Source: Paraspadella gotoi (taxonomy: Eukaryota; Animalia; Chaetognatha). Taken from it: a DNA stretch of 64,000 nt. The DNA lies in assembly GCA_051294375.1 (NCBI GenBank), contig CM119264.1, forward strand, positions 3,480,689 to 3,544,688. Reading direction: 5' to 3'. The position numbers and the translations under genes are program-made. Shown here one piece after another: positions 1 to 52,019 of the stretch (its first letter is position 1; each line of letters starts with the position of its first letter). The notes under the pieces are model-generated. The model ran no database searches, was not told the origin of the DNA, and saw only the letters and a list, made by a program, of their open reading frames with translations.

Positions 1-532
1 GGGAGTTTGGTTAGTTAACGAGAAGCAAGCTCTGAGGATGGCCAAAACCGTGAAATCAAATTGTCAGTCAAATTTGTCGAACCACAATTCGTACATCAGT
101 TTCTGAAAAAGCTTTAAAAAGAAAAAAAAATACAATGGATTTTATTTTGAATTTAAAATTTGAAAGGAAAAATTGAATTTTAAATCGAAGCGGAAAGGAC
201 CGTCGCACCCAAAACATCGGAGAAAGAAAAGTCATGAATCATCTCAATCTTTTTCTTGATTTTCCGGAAATTCTCAACGAAACCTCGCTCTTTCTTTGAT
301 AGAGAGAGAGAGAAAGAGGGAGAGGGAGAGGATTGTGTACCAAACTAAACTGCAATGCATTGAGAGAAGCAACCGCGGCGATCTACACACACAAAAGCGC
401 TCCACACACAAAAACACGCGCTTTTCGTCTTCTAACTTTTTTTTTCAAAAGGGGAGTTACTTTGTTTTAGTCCCGTCGTAAGAAAAGAGCGGTAAACAAG
501 AGCAAATGGTCGGGGGAGACAGAGAGCGTCTC

Positions 533-588
<56 letters not shown>

Positions 589-1031
589 TCTCCTCTCCCT
601 TTCCTCCCCCTACCTCCCCCTCCACCTCTCCCTCTTAGGTCGCAGTCTCGTGTTCCCTAGTTGGTTCTAGCATTTACCGCCCGTTGCTTGTCCTCCTCCT
701 CCTCCTCCTCCTCCTCTTTTGTCTACATCCTCCAGCTCCTCGAACTTAATCCTCTTCCTCTTCCTCCTCCCATTGACTGCCGTTTCGACTCGACGAAGTT
801 TGGCCTTTTTTCTCTCGCGCCTCTTCAGACTATCGTCATCGTCGTCGTCGTCGTCGATGATCTTTCTCTCTCTCTCTCTCTCATCTTTTCATTTCCCTCC
901 AACAAACAACTGAGTTTAAGGTCATCTACTCATTCTCGCTATCGCTCTCTCTCTCTGTCTCTCTCACTCTCGCCTGTAGTAGATTCTCGCGACTAGGACG
1001 TGTGGACGCGCCTCGGATAAATTTTCGTCGT

Positions 1032-1105
<74 letters not shown>

Positions 1106-1736
1106 TACTCTCGGAGTCGAACAGAGACAGAGAGATTCATTCTCCCTTCGTCGCTCGCGTCTTGCGGTCGCTCTCCATCGTCGTCTTCGGCGGGAAATAA
1201 AAAAAAAAACATAAAAAGGAATTTTAAAAAAAGAAAACAAAAACAAGGATTTAATAACAACTTCGGAAAAAAAAAATATATACCTTCATCAAGGATAAAC
1301 AGAAAATAAATACAAAAATTCGACCAATATTTTTTGGATTCGCTCTCAAGCTTTTCCTTTTAACTCGCTCACAATCTCGTCGCACGACGTTTTTTTTATT
1401 AGGATGTTTTTTCTATGTCTCACTTTCGTTTGATCCTTAGTCGATCGCTCTCGCTGTCTTTTTTTTTCGTCTACGAATCAAAGGACACGGATAGAGAAAG
1501 AGAGAACTCGAACTCTCTCGCTCTCTCTCTCACTCAGCCTTTCAAGAAAAGCAGCTGTTTTTCCCCCGTCTTCTTCTTAGACCGAAAAAGAAAAAAAAAC
1601 TTTCTTTCCTCTTTGTGTTGAGTTTGGAGGAAAAAGACAAAGAAGAGAAGATAAAGAGAAAAGGGGAAAAAAAAGAAAAAGACTCAAAAATTTAAAAATA
1701 AAAATGAGAAATTAAAATATCGACTCTGGTTACAAG

Positions 1737-1768
1737 TGACTGACTCTCTCTCTCTCTCTCTCTTCCAG
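1737..1768 (+). promoter_or_regulatory. Probable 3' splice site upstream of the myc ATG, implying a non-coding first exon
   Basis: Branch-like CTGAC, (CT)n pyrimidine tract and TTCCAG|G ending at 1768, 124 nt before the ATG; vertebrate myc also has a largely non-coding exon 1. Confidence 0.5.
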
Positions 1769-1892
1769 GATAACAAAAAAAAAAAGGGACAAGACTGATT
1801 GACGCCGGTTCGATTTGGATTAAGCGCCGCCTACGCTACGCCAACGCCACCCCGCCAAACCGCTTGTCCGCCTGTCGTCTCTCGGCGGCGGA

Positions 1893-7104
<5,212 letters not shown>

Positions 7105-7745
7105 AGACTCCAAAACTCCTCGCCCCCCCCGTCCCAGAAAACAAAAACAACGAACCCAGTTTCTTAACTTCGTGCATAACCTTTATTTTCGTTTACTTGT
7201 CTTTTTTTTTTTTTGTGTCCATTTTATTGTGTTTATTTCCTTAAAACTAAATTTTGTTTTGTCATTACAAAGAAATGTCCAACGGTCCCCATTGCTATTA
7301 CTATTTTTTTTTTTTAGTCCGTGATTGTACATTGTGTACATCAGTTTCGCTTTAATAATTTTTTTTCTTAGTTGTAGCTCATGACATCTTAAATGTTTTT
7401 TTTTAGAGTCAATTCGTCCAGAGAGAGTTCCATTGTTTTAAATTTTGAAAGTAGTATTTTATTCAAACAGTTTTAACTAATTAATACGTTCTCTTTTTCC
7501 AGTTTACTTTTAACAGTTTTTTTTCCTTAGATTTTTACAGTAGAAGACAACAGGTGCTAATTTGTACATTTTCGTAATTGTTACTCCGTAATTTTTGCAG
7601 TGAAAAAAAAATTTAGACATATTATACTTATAGCTGTGTAATAATTCTAAAAAAAAAAGGACTGTAAAAATAAAAATATAACACTCAGAAACTAATAGAA
7701 GAAATCATAAATTTGCTAATTTTTTGTTGTTTATAAATACATATA
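7105..7745 (+). other. myc 3' UTR, AU-rich, with AATAAA
   Basis: U-rich tract after the TAG stop, several TGTA/ATTTA motifs, AATAAA near 7669; the 3' end is approximate. Confidence 0.45.
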
Positions 7746-10700
7746 TTTTAGGCGATTTGAAAATCTAGATAGAAAAAAAAATTGTTCCTAAAGTGGAATC
7801 CTCATTAATTTTATACATTATACAAGCTCCTTGATAATATTTAAAAACCCAGCCCCAAGGGATGGGATGATTCTCTGTCCTCTGAGTCTGATTCATCTCC
7901 GATTAAGAAGCTTCTGTCTTCGGTGGCGGAGATAGATGGCATTTTGATTCCCGCCAGATTTAACGCGAATATAGATCGAGTTGCGCGACCGATTCTCGAG
8001 ATTTTGCTGTGGAAAAGAGAGAGAGAATGAATGTTTGACGGGTTGAGAGTAATATCGTTTATCGTAGCTGTTCTTCGTGCCACGCCCAGATCGGTAAAAA
8101 TCTTTCCAACTGTATATAACAGCGAACTTAATTGTAAAATGTATTACGACACGTCACAGAACTAAGAGCGGCATGACTTTAATGCTAAAGGTAATATACG
8201 CAAAGCTTTTGAAAATCTTTTGAAAATTTTAAACATAAAAATGTCTAAATTGAGCGCCGGTCCCAAGACAAAAAAGGATAATTAAATGTCTTATACAAAC
8301 GACTCTTGTGGAGTTATAAAGCGCGAATCGGGAACGCCCGTTTGAACCTCGTGGAACTTTCTCTTTCTCTCTTTCTCTTTCNNNNNNNNNNTCTCTCTCT
8401 CTCTCTCTCGGATATAAATTAAAAGGACCACACCTTTTCGACTTTTTAAAGAGATTAATGGCGTTAGCGTGTCGCTCGTACTAATCGACGACAATTTATC
8501 GTTTTTAACCGTCGCCTACCCTAAAATACTAGGGACCTTTTAACCCGGTAGGGACCCTTGGATAGCCTCTTTGGCACGCCGGCCGCCTCCGTTCCTTCTC
8601 CTCTTTCGAAAAGGGCCCAGGCGACGGGGAGAGTTTAAGCCCCACTTCCCGTTGGGCCGACGAATTCTCAGGATATCAATTACAAGAGTCCCACGATCTG
8701 AATAATGGGCCGTTGAGGTTTATATATTTCGATTTCCTTTATATTTATAGAATAAACTATTTTATTTTGTACGTATAGCGATTTCTATATTCCCATGGCT
8801 ATGATTACAATTTAACGTCAGAAAAGTAACGAGAAGTAACGAGAATAGACAGAAGGCTCTTTGCTCTCTTTTAGAAATATCCACGATCAAATTAATAATT
8901 TTCGATTGATTTAATCAATCGAGTTTTTACTAGGACGTTAGGGTATTTGACTATGGACATGTGGACATATGGACATTCCAGTCTTCGATGTTTTCGCGTA
9001 GCTCTGCCCCATGACAATATTTATCATCGTTGCCGTGACAACGTACAAACTACACACAGTACACATCTCTTTTATTTTTCGTAAAAATCCGCACGTGGAA
9101 GACCCCCGTCCCCATTCGCCTCCACCTCAAACTATCCTGCGGTCAACGACGAATCTTTACCGACAAAATTAATCGCTGTCGGCCTGACGAAGTCTTGCCT
9201 CTCGTCCTTACCGACATTTTATGTCGTTTTGATTTAAAAATCGGAAAAAAAATTTGTCCGATTTTTTTAAAATGAAATCGGTGCCATCCTTTGGTTCCAT
9301 CAATCGAGAAAGCGCGAGATCCGGGTAGCGAAGGGGGGGGAGGAATTGGCGAGTGGGTTAAGATGGAGAGAGAGATGGAGAGAGAGAGAGAGAGAGAGAG
9401 AGGCAATCAGCAGCTTGACCCCTCCATTACCGGAAGTTGACCTTTTTGTTTCCTTTTACCTCTAAAGTTTGAGAATCTTTTATGACTTTTCTATGACCTT
9501 TAACGCTTTTGACTGCGACCGCTAGGATCGCGGATGCTGAGAGTGTGGAGAAAACGATAAAGCGACGTCGGGCGAGAAGGATTAGTGGCGGAAGTGGCGG
9601 CAATTTCTTGGAGCGAAGGTGGCGGGGGCGGTGGCGGTGGCGGTGGCGTTGGTGGCGGCGGTGGCGTTGGTGGCGGCGGCGGTGGCGGTGGCGTTGGTGG
9701 CGGAAGCGGAGTTGTACGCCGAGGAAAGAGAAGCGGCGGCGGCGTCGGGAGAGACTGTTGAATTGAAACGGACGTCGGTAAAAACGAAAAAGGATGCGCG
9801 ACCGGTTGGAAGCGACACCGCTGCCGCTGCCGCTACCGCCGCCGCCACTGCGCCGCTGCCGCAACTGCGCCGCCGCCGCCACTCGGATCTTGAAAATGGG
9901 AAATCCGCAATAGAAAAGGATTAAGCCTTTCGTGGTGTGATGTATTTTGTGCCACGTCAAGCTGTCACGGTCACGTGGAAGAATCCGGTATGGACGTGTC
10001 AGGTCCTTTTTTAAACGGATGGCGTCAAAACGAAAGGTTTCCCCCGGATGTAATCGGCTGATTGGAAATCGAGCAATTAAAAGTAGGAAATAACGCTTTG
10101 GTTTAACTAAACACTAAAATAAATAATAAATTAATAAATTATTTTTTATATAAACTACTTTAAAGAACTACGCCTCTCTTGAGGCATTTTAAATTTAATA
10201 CTTGAAATATAAAAGAAGCCTCTTGTTTTCATGGATATGTTCTTGGACCACCGGCGAGAGAGGTCTCAACGAATCGAATAGCGTGAAAAAAAAACAAAAG
10301 ATTATTTCGAAGACTTTTAAAAGTTAGAACACAATGTAATACTGACATACATACTGTATTAGTTTAGTGAAAAGATCGAAATTTAAATAAGAAGCTCGAC
10401 GTTTAAAATATAAAAAAAGCAACAAAAAGACAGAATCAAATAATGAAATCGGATACTGACTAAACGGTTTTCGTCGCCTTTCGTTTCTTTTGTTTTGTTT
10501 TTTATGGTTCCTTTGTCTTTTTTGGGACAAGTTTTGGGCTATTAAGGTCAGTGGTCAGTATTTCCTTATCTTTTGTCTCTCAGTTTCTTTACCTTCACAA
10601 AAATCCGACTTTGTGGAGCCCGTTCCCCCCTCATGAATGGTTCCCAGATTCAATTCAGCTTTTATTGTTGTTTTTTTTTCGCTTCAGAAAAACCTTTGCC

Positions 10701-13700
10701 TGAGAATCAAGATTCGAGCTTTCTTCAATTCCCTACTTGCTTGAAAAAAACCAAAACGATTTAAGGAAAAAAAAAGTTTTAATCAATCATTTATAATTAT
10801 ATATAGGCAATTACATAATGAATAGGCTTAAATACTTTTTGAAGTCTTGCTGGTCAGTTGTTGTCTGTTAGATTGATAGTTAAAAATAATTACAATATGA
10901 CGGAAGGCTTTTATACATACTTAATCTTAACAATCTCGACAGTTTTACAAGCTACGGGCAAACTAATTTATAATATTGTAGAATATTAGCCGAGACGTAT
11001 TGAATAGTTTAGTTTGAAGGCCTGCATTAACAAATTTGTTTATATAAAATATATTGACATATTATACACAATCGAAAGCTTGGCCTTGAGGAGTCGTAAA
11101 TGCTTTACTTTTCCGTTGCTTCTTAGTGCAAAAATTCATGATTTAATTTATCTGGCAGTGTTTATAAAAAAATAAATTCTTCCTCTAAACGTTACAATCC
11201 TTAATAATTGTGTATTGATTGAATAAGTGATATTGTGACATGCAATTTAGTTATTTGTCGATGAGGCTAATGATGAGATAGTTTGAAATTTAGAAAATTG
11301 GTTATCTAAAAAAAAATAGAACTAAACCAAATTGTCGTATTTCGAAACTATATTTATGAATGGTACCCAAATAAATATTCAATGATCAAAATTTTTATCT
11401 TAAAACTAAAAACTTAAAAACATTGTGCAAGAGGCCTAAAAAAATTATAAAGAATCACTAAACAATTGTTTGTATCTTTAGTGGAACTGCTTATTTCAAA
11501 TTTCAAATTAAAATAAAGAGTAATATATTCATAACTAACGAACAAGGCAATGTGTTCTTGATTTCATGTTACACATTTTAAAAACTCAATGCAAAAAAGT
11601 TGGATAAAAAAACATCAGAAACCAAAATTCAGTTAATTTTTAAATATTTCCGAATTTTTTTGTAGTTATGACCTTAAAGTGATAAATGCCCATACCGATT
11701 CTGTGAGTCGAAATGATCTTAAAAAGAATCATGGACTTTTATAAGTTTTTTCAATATGAGCTGAAGTTTTTTGACAAATCTGATTTTTTTTATTAAATAA
11801 AAAAATTATTTATTCCGAGAAATAAAAGTCTTAAAACATATTAAAATTACAAAATAAGATAAAATAAAAACAAAAGATGCAGCGTAAAAGTTTAGAGAGA
11901 AAAAAAATTTTCCTTTTAACAAACAACAATTTTTATTTTTAAAAAAATTACTCTATTTGTTTAGTCTTGTATTTTGCGAGTCTTTTCTTTAAATCTACAA
12001 ACAAATTTTAATACAATGAATATAAAGTTTAAAACTTAATATAAAATGATTGACAAGAATGTGGAAAACCTAAATGAGGGAATGAGAAAAAAAAATATTC
12101 GCGACTGAACTCATTACATTTATATCCTGTCTGGGTTACAATTTATTTCGTGCGCAGAATCGGAGAAGATAAATTTCCAAGTAAAATTTCGGACTAAGAT
12201 GCGACATATCACAGATTTGGATAACAACAGAGGGCGTCGGGTAAGGTTATGGAAAGTATCGCTCGAAACAAAAGCAAAACTATAAAAAGAAAACAAAAAC
12301 GAAGAACCAAAAAAACGAGCTGTGACCGACGATAGCGAAGGAGACTGGGGGGGAGGTGACGATGGCATCACGACAAAGTTTCACAATTTACGGAATTCAC
12401 ACTGGGTCGTTTGATCGCAGGAAAAGAGAAGTAGTGTTGTTTTGTTTTTTTTAGCTATGACTCGATTACGATACGGCAACGGAAGATGTCGCTATAAAAA
12501 GCGCGCGGGTTTATGGGAGAGAGAATGAGAAAGAGAGAGAGAGAATGAGAAAGGCTTTGAAGATTTTGTGATGGTTGGTTTTTTCCTTTCGCTTTCTTTT
12601 TTTAGCAGAGGCTTCAATGCAGTACCGCCAGGAGTACATCTTTTTTTGTTTCCGGCTACAAATGTTTTTTGTGGTTTTTGTAAGTAGCTCCGTCCGAGAG
12701 CTTTTGGTTTTATCCGAGAACATGTGAGAGATTGTGACACTTTTGTGACACTTTTGTGACATCTCGTGTGAAAGAGGAGGATTCTGAATTAAGAAAACAA
12801 CTTTGCTGCTAAATTATCCGAGTCGTGAATATGTTGGTCTCAATTTCTACGCGGGATTTCGTGCGTGCGTAGGTGCGAACATTTTTTGGTTGTATTCCGT
12901 GATTGATTGCATATCAGCGTATGTCCGGGGTTTTTTTTTTAAAAGGTTCGTGAGCGTTCCCTCTTTCTTTCTTTTTTTCTAAGAAAAAAAAAACCTATTC
13001 CATCTCTTAACTTCTGACCTTCTCGATCAACATCTCTCTTAGAGATTTTCTTTTTTTCTTCTCCCTGAATTAATTTTTTTTTTTTTTTTTTTTGATCTTG
13101 ATTAAAAAAAGGCTGCATCATTACAATCGTTGAAAAGCGACGCCAAAGGGCGTGAAAGTGTCGTTGGGTTGTTCCCCGCGGTTGCTTGGCAACGGAGAGA
13201 AAGCGACGCCAAACGGTTTGGTCTTGTTGGTTTTGGCAAAATTATATGTGAAAAGTGCGGAGAGAGAAATGAAGGATTCCGAAGCGTGACAGAGTCGTGA
13301 CAGGAGCGTGGCGATTTCGTGTCAGTCATTTCCTTGTCAATTGTGGTCGATGTTTTTAAGAAATGATGATGATTATAAAAATGTCTTAAAGGGTCTCAAT
13401 TCTAAAGTGTCAGTATTTGTGTTGGGTCAGTCTTAAACGTGTTAAAAAGTCAGTGAATAGAAATTCCTCTGGGTCAGACTCGATCATGTGTGAAAGTTTT
13501 AATTCAATTCAAAAGAAAGTAAAAGACAAAATGATGATAATAAAAAAAGGAAAAACGATAAAGAAAGAAAAGAAAATAAATTTTATAATAACTTGAAATG
13601 CATAAAAACTAAAAAAATTCTTAGTTAAATCAGTAAAAAAAAGGATCAAAAATTGGAGCAAATAATGGTACGACCCACTGCTGCTCTTGTCTAAAATTTA

Positions 13701-14329
13701 TTTTTCCGTTGTCAAAATCCTTCAGCTTTTTTCTTTGTTTTTAAGACAAGCAGGTCGCGCGTTCGCTTCCGCTTTCCGAGCGAATAAAAAAAAATCATCA
13801 TTATAAAAAGTGGCGCAGTTTTTTTTTGTATAAAATGAAACAAAAATTCGTTCGATCACGCGTATTTTGTTTAAATTTGTAGTTCGTTCGAATGTACAGA
13901 AATTAACGGTTAAAAACAGAAACCAACGCCTCGACAGTTGATTGTTTCGGTTGCGTGATTTTCACAAATCGATTAATTTTTTTCACTTAATTCGATCTCA
14001 CGGTTTTTTCTCGCGATTCACGTTTGGCCTTTGGAGGGATTTCATTCTGTGAGACGAAGGATTCAGTTTTTTTTTCACTGATGGATTCTGTGATCGAATC
14101 TCGAGAGATGAAAAAGCCCATGAGGAAAATTGACAATAGGGATTTAAACCAATATGTGTAAGTTTAATATGTAAAGCATTTCAATTTTAGTTTCAGAATC
14201 GGTAGAGCGTATGTTTTATAAACAAACAAAAAATAATATTAATTTATTTCTCACAAACAAAACTTATTATTATCATGTACATTTTTAAAGTTTTTCCCGT
14301 TACGTCGTAAATTGTTTTCTCTCTCCCTC

Positions 14330-14460
14330 TTTTCGGTCGTTCGGTCATTCGGTCGGTCGGTATGTCGGTCGGTCCGTCGGTATGTCTGTCCATCGGTCTG
14401 TCCCACTTACGTTAAAAACGCTTATAACTTGCCTATAGTTTGTTGCTCATTTGTAAAAAT
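14330..14460. repeat. Dispersed repeat with a (GGTC/GTCT)n microsatellite; related copies at ~43115-43230 and ~46485-46600
   Basis: Shared core CGGTCTGTCCCACTTACGTTAAAAA..CTATAGTT.GTTGC; resembles non-autonomous Helitron/DINE-like elements (inference). Confidence 0.6.
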
Positions 14461-15475
14461 CAAATCTAAGCAACTACTGGCGATAAGTAAAAAGAAAAGT
14501 AATGCGGCGAAACACCTTGGAATAGCCATCCCTTGTCTTTGTAACATTTTTATCGTTTACACTAAAGTCGGATTTAATGGTTCAGATTGATTTTTAAATC
14601 TTGTTGCTCATAATTTGACACAATATTAATTATTTATTTTTGAATTTTTATTTACTAAAGAGAAACCTGACGATAAATCCAGTCATTTAATTCTTCTTCT
14701 GAAAACGGTTTTAGGCTAATATTTTCTTTTTTCAAAATAGGCCATGTATGTATGTAAACTAAGAGATTATCCAACGTTTCGTGCACGGATATGTCATTGT
14801 ATATATATACAGTTAATATTTACATGTCAAAAAAGAAAAGGGAGAGCCGAAAAAAATTATTCACAAATTTCGTGATTTTTAAAAAAAAAATTTTTGTGGC
14901 GACGTGATTGATATAATTCTTAAGTCCTCGGGATGACGTTATGGTTGGAAGCTTAAAAGAAAATCTGTTCGTTGTTGTTGTTGTCGTTTTCGTCGTCGTC
15001 GGCGGAGACTTATTAACAAGGTCGTTACTTATCAAGTTATATTCGTAGCTTCTATGTCACTATTATTACCCTGTAGATTTTATTCACCTCTCAAAATTGA
15101 GAATCATATTTTTTTCAACGACTAAGTTAATAATTTGGTAAATGAATTAAGGTTCACGTAGTCGTTGAATGAAAATTAAGCTTGGGACGTTTGAAAATTA
15201 ACGAGAAAGGGGAAAATTGTGATCTTGTGGAGGCGAAGGTGTTATCACGAGTCACAGGTATTCACCGAAAGTATTTTAAAAGCCGAAACAGTATAAATTG
15301 GTGGGATCATGGTTATCTTTTCTAGTCATGAAAAATAGACGAGTACAACTAAAATGTCGTCGCGTTAAATCCAAACATCCTGGGACGTCATTTTTTTTTA
15401 TTGATCAATTTGCAATGTTGTGACGAGTGGGCGACTATGGGTTATGATTTTTATCATGTTAATTCCTGGCGATCG

Positions 15476-35019
<19,544 letters not shown>

Positions 35020-35046
35020 CTGAGGAGACGAAAGGGGAGAACATTA

Positions 35047-35105
<59 letters not shown>

Positions 35106-35616
35106 TTACAAACTCCCTGTAGAATAGATCGTTACCGCGTTCCCCAGCCACAAATGAAACAAATCCACGGAGAGAGTCTCAACCTAACATTTTCCGTTGG
35201 GTTTAAACGAAGAGAAAAAAAAAAACCCGAATCGCTCGAGGGAATAAACTCGTCCTTTGATTTTTTTTTGTTCTCTCATCTTAAATCAACTTTTTTTTGC
35301 GACGAGCGTCTTTTGTTTCACGATCTTCTCGATCTTTGCGTCGTGAGTCGGTTACATCCGGGTTATGAGAATCACCAGCGTTGCGAAACTCGTTTACATC
35401 ACGGTTTATAGGTGAGAACTATCCTATGTTTTGGAAGAAGTGTAATTTTTACGTGTAGTGTGGTGTAAATGTAGTAAATGTAGTCTTCAAGAGGAAAACT
35501 CTTTTTTTTTTAAATTAAGCAAAGTAAAGTATAATTTGTTGGTTCACTTCACCCCCCCCCACACCCAAGACTCCCACCCATTCCCTCTCCCACCCTCGAT
35601 TCGACTGCCCCTTCGA

Positions 35617-50733
<15,117 letters not shown>

Positions 50734-51339
50734 AAACCGTCATCGCCTATTCTTGTTTACTTTTGCTCTTTTTTTAAAATTCCATCTCATCTTTATAAAT
50801 ATAATATACGAAAATTAAAAAAAAAATTAATTCTGGGAGAAATTAATTATTGGTTTCCAAAGCGAATTAACTTCAGTAGTGTTCATCCTTCAGGAAAGAT
50901 TAGGTAATTTTCCTCTCAAAAAAAAAACTCAGCCCGAGACGCCGCTTCCCCTCGGGCTGGCCGCTGTTGCCGCTTTTCACCCATCGGTTCACCCTGCCAA
51001 CCCCGCCTCACCTCACCTCACTTTCTCACCCTTTTCCCCCGACGATTTCCTCGCGTGCGTCGCCTCGGTCCTCCACGTCTCCAGAGGCACAGAGTTGGAA
51101 AAATAAATCGTAGCTCAACGGGGGGAAAAAGGTAAAGTTTAAAAAAAAAAAAGAACTTACCTTCGGGGTTAATCAGCGGAAAAGAAGAAGCGCTAAACCG
51201 CGTCGAGGTAAAAAGAAAAGGATGAAAAGGAGAAAGTAATGAAAGGCGACGAACCGGAGGAAAGGGAAAAAAAGGGAGGAAGCGAAAGAGAAAAGAAAAG
51301 GAAAACTAATAGTTTCCTTTCTTTTTCCTTCGTTTTATG

Positions 51340-51986
51340 AATTATTGCCACGCGAGTCCCCGAAAAGTNNNNNNNNNNNNNNNNNNNNNNNNNNNNNNNN
51401 NNNNNNNNNNNNNNNNNNNNNNNNNNNNNNNNNNNNNNNNNNNNNNNNNNNNNNNNNNNNNNNNNNNNNNNNNNNNNGCGTAAATACAGGAGATATTAAG
51501 TAGGTGGATTGTTTATATTTTGTACAAATTTAGGCGCGAGACGGGATTTTTCGTGACTATCGATTCGTTGGAAACTAAAGTTAACAAATCATTTCTTTCA
51601 ACCGAAATGTTTTCTCTCAATCGTGTCAGCGTTAAATTCAAAACAAAGTAAAACCTCCGAGTTTCTTCATTGTTTCTCCTTTCTTACTTTTTATTTGTTT
51701 TTGTTTTATCGCTTTTTTCTCCATCGGCATTTAGAATTCTCCTTTTTAAATTTCTTTCTTTCTCCTTTGTTTACTACTTTTTTTTAGTTTCTTAGTTTCT
51801 TTTTTATATTTTTTTTGTCTTTGATTTGATCTTGGACTTCTTGGATCAGAGGAAAAAAACGCTGTGTAATTGAAGAGATGAGAAAAACGAAAAACCACTG
51901 TGTCAAGGAAAGGGAGAACGACTATGATCGTTTTAAAGAAAACTTTTCTATTCTTCTTTTTCTTCTTTTTATTTTTCTTTTTCTCC

Positions 51987-52019
<33 letters not shown>

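Noticed and set aside
296-1621. Many ORFs rich in ER/SL/F/K runs here and across the window
   Set aside because: They are translations of (GA/CT)n and poly-T/A tracts or read through N gaps; no coding evidence.
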